Virus record (IMG/VR): IMGVR_UViG_3300042993_000002
Reading direction: 5' to 3' (one strand)
Length of the DNA: 37,490 bases
DNA from: an uncultured virus (IMG/VR IMGVR_UViG_3300042993_000002)
Lineage: Duplodnaviria > Heunggongvirae > Uroviricota > Caudoviricetes
In this document: one piece after another, positions 27,086 to 34,626 of the stretch
How the letters are laid out: each line of letters begins with the position of its first letter
Position numbering within the stretch: the first letter of the stretch is position 1
The notes under the pieces: model-generated
What the model was told of the DNA's origin: nothing
The model's database searches: none
The model's input: the letters and a program-made list of their open reading frames with translations, nothing else
Position numbers and translations under genes: made by a program

Positions 27086-27144
27086 AGAACACCTATTGCG
27101 ATAATGGCTGTGAGATAGATTGTGATGTACCTGAGTGGCATCAT
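27070..27144 (-). CDS. single-TM micropeptide (24 aa)
   Basis: AAGGAG RBS directly after a promoter; MMPLRYITIYLTAIIAIGVLWSLS. Confidence 0.6.
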   Translation of the reverse strand: MMPLRYITIYLTAIIAIGVLWSLS

Positions 27145-27172
27145 GTTGCAAGCTCCTTTAGTGTGTGACAGC

Positions 27173-27201
27173 ATCTTATCAACCATCACACACTAGAACA
27201 A
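27173..27201 (-). promoter_or_regulatory. early sigma70 promoter
   Basis: TTGTTC-17-TAAGAT; TAGTGTGTGA/TCACACACTA inverted repeat around the -10. Confidence 0.7.
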
Positions 27202-27208
27202 GCTTTAT

Positions 27209-27457
27209 TTACAATTCTTCACTGTAGGATGCCACTTTAGGCGTTGCCTGCAAGGTGAATTTGTAGACACCGCCAGCGGCCATAAGAGACTTAATCACAG
27301 CAGCTTTGCCTTCGGCTTGTGCTTTGTCGTCGCCCAATTGAATCAGGCAAAAGTGAGTGTAGGCTGGCTTTTCGCCTGTCCAATCCATGCCACTCTTGAC
27401 AGATACATTCAAGCTGAATGTGTGGCCGTAGACGCTTACAGTGTTTTCCAGTTTCAT
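27209..27457 (-). CDS. hypothetical early protein
   Basis: Own promoter; CATCATG start context. Confidence 0.75.
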   Translation of the reverse strand: MKLENTVSVYGHTFSLNVSVKSGMDWTGEKPAYTHFCLIQLGDDKAQAEGKAAVIKSLMAAGGVYKFTLQATPKVASYSEEL

Positions 27458-27511
27458 GATGTTACCCTATCTAGAGTGGGGCTGGCTTGATTGCCTTGCC
27501 CCTTGAAACAC

Positions 27512-27540
27512 ATTCTAGACCTATGGAAAAGGCATTGCAA
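27512..27540 (-). promoter_or_regulatory. early sigma70 promoter
   Basis: TTGCAA-17-TAGAAT. Confidence 0.72.
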
Positions 27541-27545
27541 GCGGA

Positions 27546-27788
27546 TTATGAAATTATTTTGCAGAGCATTCCTTTAGGCATGATGAACTGCAAAGCAAAC
27601 TGCTGTGCATCCTCAAGCTGTGCAAAGCTTTCAAACTTCCAACCAACATCAACCCCACCACTTGTGGTGCTCACCTCATAGGATGGCACGTGGATTGCTT
27701 CCATACCCGGCTGTGCCGTTGTTTGAAAGATGTTCGCCACTTTGACAGATTCAAGGTTGGCGTTGGTAAAGGTTTGAATCTTTTTCAT
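27546..27788 (-). CDS. hypothetical early protein
   Basis: GAGG RBS and CATCATG at 27788. Confidence 0.75.
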   Translation of the reverse strand: MKKIQTFTNANLESVKVANIFQTTAQPGMEAIHVPSYEVSTTSGGVDVGWKFESFAQLEDAQQFALQFIMPKGMLCKIIS

Positions 27789-27819
27789 GATGCTGTGCCT
27801 CATTGGTGGGTGTGAAGCC

Positions 27820-27848
27820 ATTGTATCGACCTCACAACCCCAGTGCAA
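27820..27848 (-). promoter_or_regulatory. early sigma70 promoter
   Basis: TTGCAC-17-TACAAT. Confidence 0.72.
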
Positions 27849-27853
27849 GCTAT

Positions 27854-28183
27854 TTAGAAACCTTTTTTCAGGCTTTCGATCAATTTATTTTGTTCGCTGA
27901 TTTCCCAAGCAATTTGGTCAATCTTCTTGACAACTTGCCCCGCTTCACCATTACCGTTAACGATGCGGCCAGCGAAGCGTTGAGCGTCTTCCCGATACCA
28001 GAAGATGGAAGCACGTTCAACCCTGCACCACTTGCCTTGCACTTCGTCCATCGGTAGGCGGATATTGTCACCGACCACTACAATATAGCCGTCTGTAGTG
28101 TCGATTGCTTCAAGCTCTGCAATACGGGCTTCAGCTTGTTTGATGGCGTCTGCAAAGTAGGCTTGAGCGGCTTCTTTGTTCAT
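27854..28183 (-). CDS. hypothetical early protein (coiled-coil ends)
   Basis: AAGG RBS; CATCATG. Confidence 0.78.
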   Translation of the reverse strand: MNKEAAQAYFADAIKQAEARIAELEAIDTTDGYIVVVGDNIRLPMDEVQGKWCRVERASIFWYREDAQRFAGRIVNGNGEAGQVVKKIDQIAWEISEQNKLIESLKKGF

Positions 28184-28235
28184 GATGTTCTACCTTTGGT
28201 TGGCTGGGAAGCTGTCTTGCTTCCCTATGTCTGCC

Positions 28236-28263
28236 ATTCTACAGAAGCCACAACACACGTCAA
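28236..28263 (-). promoter_or_regulatory. early sigma70 promoter
   Basis: TTGACG-16-TAGAAT. Confidence 0.72.
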
Positions 28264-28276
28264 CAACTATTTCGAT

Positions 28277-28342
28277 CTAATTAAAGAGGATATACAAACC
28301 CCAGAATATGGCGATCATGCCAATTATATTAAAGATGTCCAT
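28277..28342 (-). CDS. putative hydrophobic micropeptide (21 aa)
   Basis: MDIFNIIGMIAIFWGLYILFN; weak RBS. Confidence 0.4.
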   Translation of the reverse strand: MDIFNIIGMIAIFWGLYILFN

Positions 28343-28493
28343 CTTTCAGAGTCTCACATTTTTCATGGTTGTGTCAATAGGGGCTAGAAGCTCCTGTAGT
28401 GCGTTTTGAGCGGCTTTAGTGTCAATCTATACACTGGCCTAGCCTACCCTTACAAAACGTCGTGCTTAATTTGTCAATACCTTATCGATTGAA

Positions 28494-28787
28494 TTATTCT
28501 ATGCCTTTTGCCCTATTGGTTAAGATTGTGCGAACTGTAGCACGACGCAATGCAGCCTTGACAACCTCAGTCACTTCAGTTAAGCCCCAGTCTGCCCCAC
28601 CATACGCCACAAACTGCCCATTGCCTTTGTAGTCGATTCGCATGATGTTGTGGCCCTTGCGATTCTGGATATACACACGGTTATCATGCCCGCCAAGCAA
28701 ATGACCATTACCCAAGGCAGCACAGCGAAGGCCGTGACGAATCTTTGCGATCATTACAGGATGGGTCAGACTGGTAATGGTGATCAT
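28494..28787 (-). CDS. hypothetical early protein
   Basis: AGGA RBS; 97-aa ORF. Confidence 0.75.
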   Translation of the reverse strand: MITITSLTHPVMIAKIRHGLRCAALGNGHLLGGHDNRVYIQNRKGHNIMRIDYKGNGQFVAYGGADWGLTEVTEVVKAALRRATVRTILTNRAKGIE

Positions 28788-28813
28788 GGCGAGCGTCCTA
28801 GAGTGTTAGGTGG

Positions 28814-29038
28814 CTAGACTTTCTGGAACTGTGAGTTGTAAACAACCCCATTGATTTCTTTTGCTGCTACTGCTTTGGCAACTCCGTAGCTATTCCAACT
28901 GGTTTGCCAGATGCCACTTGAGAACACATGAAAATTCATACCACGCTTAGATGCGGCTTCTATGGCTTGCTTTCCGAGTGCGTTCATTTCGTTTTGCTCC
29001 GTTTGTGAACAGGCATCATATCGAAGGGCTCGACTCAT
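28814..29038 (-). CDS. hypothetical early protein
   Basis: AAGGG RBS; 74-aa ORF. Confidence 0.72.
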   Translation of the reverse strand: MSRALRYDACSQTEQNEMNALGKQAIEAASKRGMNFHVFSSGIWQTSWNSYGVAKAVAAKEINGVVYNSQFQKV

Positions 29039-29060
29039 TGCAAGCCCTTAAACTATGAAT

Positions 29061-29267
29061 CTATTCCACTTTTGCTATCTTGCCGTCAACCATCGTCACG
29101 TTAGCGAAAAACTCACGTTTGTAGCCTGTCAAGTGTGGGCGATTGCAGCCACACAGTTTACCGTCTGGCTTGTATTCAGCACCGAACATGGATGTTTCAG
29201 TGAATTTCAAAGGCTGGCCAATGCACTCTTTCATAGCCTTTTTGGTTTCATAATTGAAGATCAACAT
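29061..29267 (-). CDS. hypothetical early protein
   Basis: AAGGA RBS; Y.TKKAMKE.IG..L.F.ETSMFG.EY motif typical of a small phage family. Confidence 0.8.
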   Translation of the reverse strand: MLIFNYETKKAMKECIGQPLKFTETSMFGAEYKPDGKLCGCNRPHLTGYKREFFANVTMVDGKIAKVE

Positions 29268-29306
29268 AGCGGCATTTCCTTTGTGTTGTTGCGTTGGTGT
29301 GTAGGC

Positions 29307-29335
29307 ATCTTATCAATACCGCCAACCATTGGCAA
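29307..29335 (-). promoter_or_regulatory. early sigma70 promoter
   Basis: TTGCCA-17-TAAGAT. Confidence 0.72.
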
Positions 29336-29352
29336 GCGGTATTACTAAAAAT

Positions 29353-29589
29353 CTACAGATAAAAATCGCTGTTATCCAGCCATTCGATAACAGGCCGCAT
29401 TGCCCAACCATAAGAGACGTAATCACCTTGACAGCTTTGCAAAACATCGCCCTCAAACAAGCTAATGGCAAAGCTGACACTACCGTCTGGCGTGGTGATT
29501 TTGTAAATCTTGGCGGACTTGTCTGGCCCATACGATTCGTCGCCGTCTGTCAACCGAGTGAAAGTGGCCACGTGCTGATTTGTGTTCAT
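29353..29589 (-). CDS. hypothetical early protein
   Basis: GAGGTG RBS before ATG 29589. Confidence 0.72.
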   Translation of the reverse strand: MNTNQHVATFTRLTDGDESYGPDKSAKIYKITTPDGSVSFAISLFEGDVLQSCQGDYVSYGWAMRPVIEWLDNSDFYL

Positions 29590-29590
29590 G

Positions 29591-29806
29591 TCACACCTCA
29601 AAGTCAAACGTCAGGGTTGTGTAGTGACGGGTAAACTTGCCGTCATTGGTTGTCATTAGAGAACTGTAGCCTGTAGCTTCTGAAAAGCGTTTGCGATTGT
29701 CAGCGGCTGTACAACGGCGCCATACGTCACAAATGCGAATGAAGTGCGTTTGCTTTTCAGTCTTATTGTTAATGACTGTCATGATTTCAGACTGATACTT
29801 TGCCAT
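29591..29806 (-). CDS. hypothetical early protein
   Basis: AGGA RBS; CATCATG. Confidence 0.75.
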   Translation of the reverse strand: MAKYQSEIMTVINNKTEKQTHFIRICDVWRRCTAADNRKRFSEATGYSSLMTTNDGKFTRHYTTLTFDFEV

Positions 29807-29839
29807 GATGCTACGTCCTGTTTCGGTTTGTGTAGGGCC

Positions 29840-29867
29840 ATTCTACCAGAGTGAACAGCCCTTGCAA
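29840..29867 (-). promoter_or_regulatory. early sigma70 promoter
   Basis: TTGCAA-16-TAGAAT; 10-bp stem overlapping the -10. Confidence 0.7.
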
Positions 29868-29871
29868 GCTT

Positions 29872-30153
29872 TTATTTTGCAGGATAAACCCGGCGGTAAT
29901 CATCCTTTGCAAAATACACAGAATCCTTCAAGCCATGCTTAACAGCTCGTTTGCGGTACAGCTCCCACACTTCGACAGCTACGCCACCTTCACCGACATA
30001 CTCGCCATTGGCGTCATAGTTGGTTGTCACTTCAGCAGATCGGCAGCCGTAGTTTGCCATCGTATCACCGAAAAACCGCATGGACGAACGGTCAAAATAG
30101 TGGCCTTCGGTGTTGGCTTGCTGTACGTGATATTTCAGGTCTGAAGGTGTCAT
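29872..30153 (-). CDS. hypothetical early protein
   Basis: AAGGA RBS and CATCATG at 30153; GHYFDRSSMRFFG motif. Confidence 0.78.
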   Translation of the reverse strand: MTPSDLKYHVQQANTEGHYFDRSSMRFFGDTMANYGCRSAEVTTNYDANGEYVGEGGVAVEVWELYRKRAVKHGLKDSVYFAKDDYRRVYPAK

Positions 30154-30182
30154 GATGCGTATCCTTTGTTTGTGTGTGGCCC

Positions 30183-30210
30183 ATTCTACCGAATTGAATG
30201 GGCAATGCAA
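30183..30210 (-). promoter_or_regulatory. early sigma70 promoter
   Basis: TTGCAT-16-TAGAAT; perfect GCCCATTC/GAATGGGC stem. Confidence 0.7.
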
Positions 30211-30218
30211 GCCCTAGA

Positions 30219-30719
30219 TTAATAGTCCTGCAAGATTTCTTGCATGGCTTGACGTTCGGTGCCAGTGAAGAACGAACGCATTTTTGTCAAGGTTTCACAG
30301 CATGCATTGTAAATGCCTTGAGCCTTGATGCTGTCTTTATCGTAACCGAAATCGTCGCACCAGTCATGAAAATTCTGTTCGGCGGAACTGGAATCCAGAA
30401 GCAAGCTATGCAGCACGCTGGCCACGTGAGGCGCTACAGCTACCGAATGACGGGCCTTGATGCTTTCGAGGTAACGAGCGCTCGACTTGCCAGCACGACG
30501 CAACTCAAACTCGCCTGCTTTAGTCAACTGGCGGTGACCGGTGCCAGTGTAGAAGTCAGAAAACATTTCCTTACCTTCACGGGTAAACTTACACAACCAT
30601 GCGTCACACTCCCAGCCATCGCGATTGCTCGCTACGCCACCGACAGCCATAAACGTAACACCTTGAGCTTTCAGGTATTCAGTGATAGCAGTTTCGATTG
30701 GGTTGATTTGCTTAGTCAT
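30219..30719 (-). CDS. hypothetical early protein
   Basis: AAGGA RBS; CATCATG; NFHDWCDDFGYDKDSIKA motif. Confidence 0.8.
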   Translation of the reverse strand: MTKQINPIETAITEYLKAQGVTFMAVGGVASNRDGWECDAWLCKFTREGKEMFSDFYTGTGHRQLTKAGEFELRRAGKSSARYLESIKARHSVAVAPHVASVLHSLLLDSSSAEQNFHDWCDDFGYDKDSIKAQGIYNACCETLTKMRSFFTGTERQAMQEILQDY

Positions 30720-30769
30720 GATGCAATCCTTTTCAGTTGGTAGAAGCTTGTTCGCTTCTGATGTTGGTC

Positions 30770-30797
30770 ATTCTACAGGGTTGAACATCCCTGTAAA
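30770..30797 (-). promoter_or_regulatory. early sigma70 promoter
   Basis: TTTACA-16-TAGAAT; TACAGGG/CCCTGTA inverted repeat. Confidence 0.7.
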
Positions 30798-30806
30798 GCT
30801 TTATTT

Positions 30807-30902
30807 TCATCCTAGAGAAAGAAACAGACACGTGATCGATACGCACCACACAACGAATAGAAAGCTGAAGACGATTATTAACACCTTTTCAATGCTGGTC
30901 AT
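30807..30902 (-). CDS. single-TM micropeptide (31 aa)
   Basis: GAGGTG RBS; MTSIEKVLIIVFSFLFVVWCVSITCLFLSLG. Confidence 0.6.
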   Translation of the reverse strand: MTSIEKVLIIVFSFLFVVWCVSITCLFLSLG

Positions 30903-30937
30903 GCGTCACCTCTTCACCCTGGCCTAATGTGTGACAG

Positions 30938-30963
30938 AGAAAAGCCCCGCTGTTAGGCGGGGC
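30938..30963 (-). terminator. terminator downstream of the DGQHR gene
   Basis: GCCCCGC..GCGGGGC followed by TTTTCT on the - strand. Confidence 0.8.
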
Positions 30964-30976
30964 AAGGGGTTTGCTG

Positions 30977-32434
30977 TTAGGCCGCGTCTGGCTTTTCAGC
31001 GGTACGGCTTGGGAGTTTCAACATCCAGCGAATCATGTCACCAATGATCGGATAGATATCGTTATGACGAGTGCCGAATTTCATCCATTTGTTTTGCACA
31101 TCAAACACACCGACAGAGCGGTTAGTGTCGCCACCATCAGGCAGATAGTCACGCAAGCCGTTAAGCTTTTGCTTGATGCGTTCTTGCTCAGTCAGGTCAT
31201 AAAACCGCCATACAGGGTTAGTGTGGCTGAAGTTGACTTGTGACAAGCCTTGCAGAAGCCTTTCGAGGTCTTCACCGGCTGTAGCGTCACGACGACGACC
31301 AAACCCGAGGTCGTACACCAGTTTTGCTACAGCCTTGACGACTACAGGCTGTGCCAGCACCGTGTAAGCTTTAGCCCCCGGCTTACCAAATCCCGGAACG
31401 TTAGCGATAGCGCCCCATGCTCTGCAAGCTGTGGCATATTTTTCTTCTACATCGGCAGGTGTGGCACTGGCAATGCTCGTTTTGTTCAGGAACAGGATAG
31501 CGTTAGTCGCTGCAAGGTCGCGGAATGTCCAGCGGCCTGTATCCTTGTTCCAGTTGGATTGATCACCGTCTGTTACGTCGTCCCAGTCCAGAATGTGAGG
31601 CAGTAGTTCGTTCTGGATGAACTGGTTAACAGGGTTGGCGCTGTCAAACTTCAGAGCCAGCGAACGCTCCACCTTTTTAGCAAGGTTGTTCAGGTCGTGG
31701 AACAATTGCTGTTCTTCCCGAACGCCAAGCCCTAGGTGAATCTCTACAGCGATCTTGCTAAAGCCCCGTGCAACTTCGTCGCATTCGTCCCATGCCGCCA
31801 GCACTTCAGTAGGGATTGGTTCCTTGAAGTTGCCTTCGAACAGCTTTGGCTTGCGTGGATATTTCCGATTGAGCCTGATTTCAGTCAGGAATTCGAAAAC
31901 CAAATCCATTGCATAACGACGGTGCTGACCATCGATCACATACAGCATGTCACGCTGACCAAGGAACACTTTAAAGCACGCCGTCTCACCGTCGGCTTCC
32001 ATCCGCTTTCCTTCGATGCCAGCGCCACCGGGGGCAACGGTGCGAAGGTTGCAAACGATAGGCTGCAAACTCATGTAGGTTTGTGGCCCCATCACCCTTT
32101 GAAGCTCATGCAATGCCAGCGATTCTGGCTTATTGAAGTTGCGGCGGTATTCAATAGCCGCTGCAATCATGCCGCGAAGGATGTACTTTGCCAGACCGGT
32201 GGCGTGTGCCTCATTGAGTGGGCGTTGTGTGGCTGGCGAGCCATCAGGCTGGCGCTCGTTTGCCACCTTGCTCATGGCGTAGAAGTCTTTCATTGGGATC
32301 AGGGCGATAAAGGTGCGATGCCCCAGATTGTGACCAATGAACACCTTTTCAGGTCTGACTTGAGAATCAGCTTCTTTCAACAGAGAGTCAATCGAAGCAA
32401 GCGGAGTAGGAAGCGATTCATTATGCATAAACAT
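30977..32434 (-). CDS. DGQHR-domain / DndB-like protein (ParB/Srx superfamily), 485 aa
   Basis: QRPLNEAHA..LAKYI, YVIDGQHRRYA and QQLFHDLNNLAKKV are DndB/DGQHR signatures; AGGAG RBS and CATCATG at 32434. Confidence 0.88.
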   Translation of the reverse strand: MFMHNESLPTPLASIDSLLKEADSQVRPEKVFIGHNLGHRTFIALIPMKDFYAMSKVANERQPDGSPATQRPLNEAHATGLAKYILRGMIAAAIEYRRNFNKPESLALHELQRVMGPQTYMSLQPIVCNLRTVAPGGAGIEGKRMEADGETACFKVFLGQRDMLYVIDGQHRRYAMDLVFEFLTEIRLNRKYPRKPKLFEGNFKEPIPTEVLAAWDECDEVARGFSKIAVEIHLGLGVREEQQLFHDLNNLAKKVERSLALKFDSANPVNQFIQNELLPHILDWDDVTDGDQSNWNKDTGRWTFRDLAATNAILFLNKTSIASATPADVEEKYATACRAWGAIANVPGFGKPGAKAYTVLAQPVVVKAVAKLVYDLGFGRRRDATAGEDLERLLQGLSQVNFSHTNPVWRFYDLTEQERIKQKLNGLRDYLPDGGDTNRSVGVFDVQNKWMKFGTRHNDIYPIIGDMIRWMLKLPSRTAEKPDAA

Positions 32435-32460
32435 GATGATGTTTCTCCTAGAGGTTACGA

Positions 32461-32476
32461 CGTTCCACGTGGAACA
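32461..32476. promoter_or_regulatory. parS-like palindrome in the 5' leader of the DGQHR gene
   Basis: CGTTCCACGTGGAACA; inverted identical copy of 26006-26021. Confidence 0.8.
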
Positions 32477-32519
32477 TCTTTCAAGCTGGGGTGTTGTGTA
32501 TTCCCCTTGCTTGATTAGG

Positions 32520-32547
32520 AGATTAGCAGGCTGGTTCACCATGTCAA
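32520..32547 (-). promoter_or_regulatory. sigma70 promoter of the DGQHR gene
   Basis: TTGACA-16-TAATCT with TGn extension and AT-rich UP element. Confidence 0.72.
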
Positions 32548-32570
32548 GGAAATTTTCAATTTATTTTCAA

Positions 32571-32598
32571 GAAAAGAAAAAGCCCCCGAAGGGGCTTT
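32571..32598 (-). terminator. terminator upstream of the DGQHR promoter
   Basis: AAAGCCCC-TTCG-GGGGCTTTTTCTTTTC on the - strand. Confidence 0.88.
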
Positions 32599-32615
32599 AA
32601 CATCAAGGGGTTACG

Positions 32616-32909
32616 TCAAGCGTGAAAATCTATATCTACGTCATTACCTTGCGAAAGCTGAGACTGCAAGGACATTTGCAGCTCTTCTTTGTACTCTTCT
32701 TTGTTGCTTTGAAACAGAAGCGGCGACACTTGCTGCAATACCGCACCGGGAGCGAACCCCACGTTACAGATAATTGCATCCCCATAGGTGCTATCAAGAT
32801 GCTTGACAAACTCGGCATCTGATACTTCGACCATCCCTGATGTTACATTATAACTACGGAAAGCCTTTACATTCCCCAATGCAATCAATACCCGATTCAG
32901 ACTTCCCAT
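32616..32909 (-). CDS. hypothetical early protein
   Basis: AAGGA RBS; own promoter and terminator. Confidence 0.72.
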   Translation of the reverse strand: MGSLNRVLIALGNVKAFRSYNVTSGMVEVSDAEFVKHLDSTYGDAIICNVGFAPGAVLQQVSPLLFQSNKEEYKEELQMSLQSQLSQGNDVDIDFHA

Positions 32910-32976
32910 GATTTCCTTTTTTACTCCTATGTTAGCCGGTGGCTGCCTTTGTGGCTTATTCCATCCCGGTGCGTGG

Positions 32977-33004
32977 ATGATACAGCATCTAGGAAAGGCG
33001 TCAA
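32977..33004 (-). promoter_or_regulatory. early sigma70 promoter
   Basis: TTGACG-16-TATCAT. Confidence 0.68.
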
Positions 33005-33044
33005 CAGATTTTTTTCAATCAAATCAACGCCTCCTAGGACTACG

Positions 33045-33383
33045 TTAACCCTCTTTATCGTCTTCAAAAATATACTCGTCACCTCCTACCTTCACACGAG
33101 TCATTTTCGACAGTGTGACGTTTACCCAAGGGTAGGGATTACCCTTTGCGATCTTATCAGGATCAGCGGCGGTATAGTTGTCAGGGTTGTGTGCCGCTGG
33201 ATTAGCCTGTACCACAGTATTAGTGCCGCTGGCAAGGGCTTTATTCATCCATTGCTTTAGCACTCGGCTTGTGGTAGTGCCATCCTTTTTAACCCATGTC
33301 ACAGAAAACATCTGGCCTTTATTGGTGTCCAGAATTTCCCGCTTTTTGTCGATGCTGGCGCCTTTGATGATGATGGTAGCCAT
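33045..33383 (-). CDS. Sm/SH3-like beta-barrel protein (WYL_2/DUF2693-like)
   Basis: FSVTWVKKDGT motif; paralog of 35420-35719. Confidence 0.7.
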   Translation of the reverse strand: MATIIIKGASIDKKREILDTNKGQMFSVTWVKKDGTTTSRVLKQWMNKALASGTNTVVQANPAAHNPDNYTAADPDKIAKGNPYPWVNVTLSKMTRVKVGGDEYIFEDDKEG

Positions 33384-33428
33384 TTGCCTGTACTCACTGT
33401 AGGTTAACAATTGGGTTGTGACATGATG

Positions 33429-33457
33429 ATTCTAGGTCAATCAGTCACATTCGTCAA
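33429..33457 (-). promoter_or_regulatory. early sigma70 promoter
   Basis: TTGACG-17-TAGAAT; TGTGAC/GTCACA plus TGATT/AATCA stem. Confidence 0.75.
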
Positions 33458-33519
33458 GGGTAATGGTGACAGGAAAATCATAATCATCCTCTATACAATC
33501 CATCACACCTTGAGCGTCC

Positions 33520-33547
33520 ATTGTAGCAGGATAGAACACCTTGTCAA
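33520..33547 (-). promoter_or_regulatory. early sigma70 promoter
   Basis: TTGACA-16-TACAAT with TGn. Confidence 0.7.
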
Positions 33548-33597
33548 TAGGATTGTGTACTCCTTTTTTATATACTTTCCAGAACACTTTATTACCC

Positions 33598-33933
33598 TTA
33601 TTTATAGCAGGCAGCCCCGCCTTTAGTTTGAAATTGAGACGGGAACCATTTAACTCCCCACACTGTTAGCATTGCTTGTAATTGCCTTGTGAGGCCGTTA
33701 GAGCGCATATCGGGGCAAGTTTCTTTATAGTATATCTCGCCACACGGTTGGACTATCACGCCGCTACAGCCTACGCTGTGCGCTTCTGACTTAAAGGCTA
33801 CAATTCTATGCCATCCTTTATGATCCTTGAACAGCTTGATATGCTTGCCGTCTGGCGTTGTTGCATCCCTTACCAGTGTTTCAAGGCCGGTAGTGGTGCA
33901 ACGGTTAAGCGCATGCATAACCGTTTTATTCAT
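33598..33933 (-). CDS. hypothetical early protein
   Basis: 111-aa ORF 6 nt downstream of the upstream gene's stop. Confidence 0.68.
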   Translation of the reverse strand: MNKTVMHALNRCTTTGLETLVRDATTPDGKHIKLFKDHKGWHRIVAFKSEAHSVGCSGVIVQPCGEIYYKETCPDMRSNGLTRQLQAMLTVWGVKWFPSQFQTKGGAACYK

Positions 33934-33939
33934 ATTCTA

Positions 33940-34626
33940 TTAACCCCGTGCAATCAATTCGACAGTCTTTGCGGCTGTACCATGAACGCGAAAGCCAATA
34001 ATGTAATCTCGTTTTGCATCTTGACAAAGGCCACACTTAAGGCAATTAACCTTATCAGTGTTTTCAGCGGGGCAAATTATAACTTTGTTACCGTCTGGCG
34101 TAGTGCTAACTTTTGCAGCATCACGCGGCATAATTACAACAACGGGGCCAATATTTAAAGCTTTCAAACTGTCAGCATGATTAACATCATTGCCCGACAT
34201 ATTGACAGTAAAGCCTTTGTCGTTTGCGTTCTTAATGCTTTCGGAGTTGTTGCCGATAGTTGGATTATAATGTGTATAAGTAAAACCACGTTTACCCTTG
34301 TTAGCGGCAACTAGTTGTTCCAACTTGATGCGAGCAATTTGACCACTAACCAACAAATCAGGATTCAAATCACCGGCTTGATTGTGACGCCACAAGCTAC
34401 CACGAGTAATGGCTTTAACTTGCTGTACAAACTTAGGCCACTCTACAGCGTTCTTGCTTTCGCCATTATCCAGTTTACGCCAATGCATACCAACGGGGCC
34501 ATACTTTGCGTAGCAGCCTTTAGCCTTGATAGGGCAAGCATCGGGGCATGTCGAGCTATTCGAAGTGCTAACAGGCATTGGGCCGGTTTTAGTGTTACCG
34601 CTTACTGGATTAAGAACGAAAAACAT
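33940..34626 (-). CDS. Cys-rich gp88-like putative Fe-S protein (radical-SAM-like barrel)
   Basis: GNTKTG, TCPDACP....CYA, WRHNQAGD, FTYTH, CPAE....C..CGLC, IGFRVHG. Confidence 0.72.
   Translation of the reverse strand: MFFVLNPVSGNTKTGPMPVSTSNSSTCPDACPIKAKGCYAKYGPVGMHWRKLDNGESKNAVEWPKFVQQVKAITRGSLWRHNQAGDLNPDLLVSGQIARIKLEQLVAANKGKRGFTYTHYNPTIGNNSESIKNANDKGFTVNMSGNDVNHADSLKALNIGPVVVIMPRDAAKVSTTPDGNKVIICPAENTDKVNCLKCGLCQDAKRDYIIGFRVHGTAAKTVELIARG

Noticed and set aside
30977..32434. Complete Dnd phosphorothioation system or ParABS partition cassette
   Set aside because: No dndA/C/D/E, no ParA ATPase, and no integrase or repressor in the window; only the lone DGQHR gene and parS sites are supported.
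32435..32542. 36-aa N-terminal extension of the DGQHR ORF (521-aa call in the track)
   Set aside because: ATG 32542 overlaps the -35 box and has no RBS. AGGAG plus CATCATG supports 32434, leaving the parS in the untranslated leader.
33438..33482. 14-codon ORF behind the promoter at 33520-33547 (GAGG RBS)
   Set aside because: Very short and runs through the next promoter; possibly a remnant of a deleted cassette, but unsupported as a gene.
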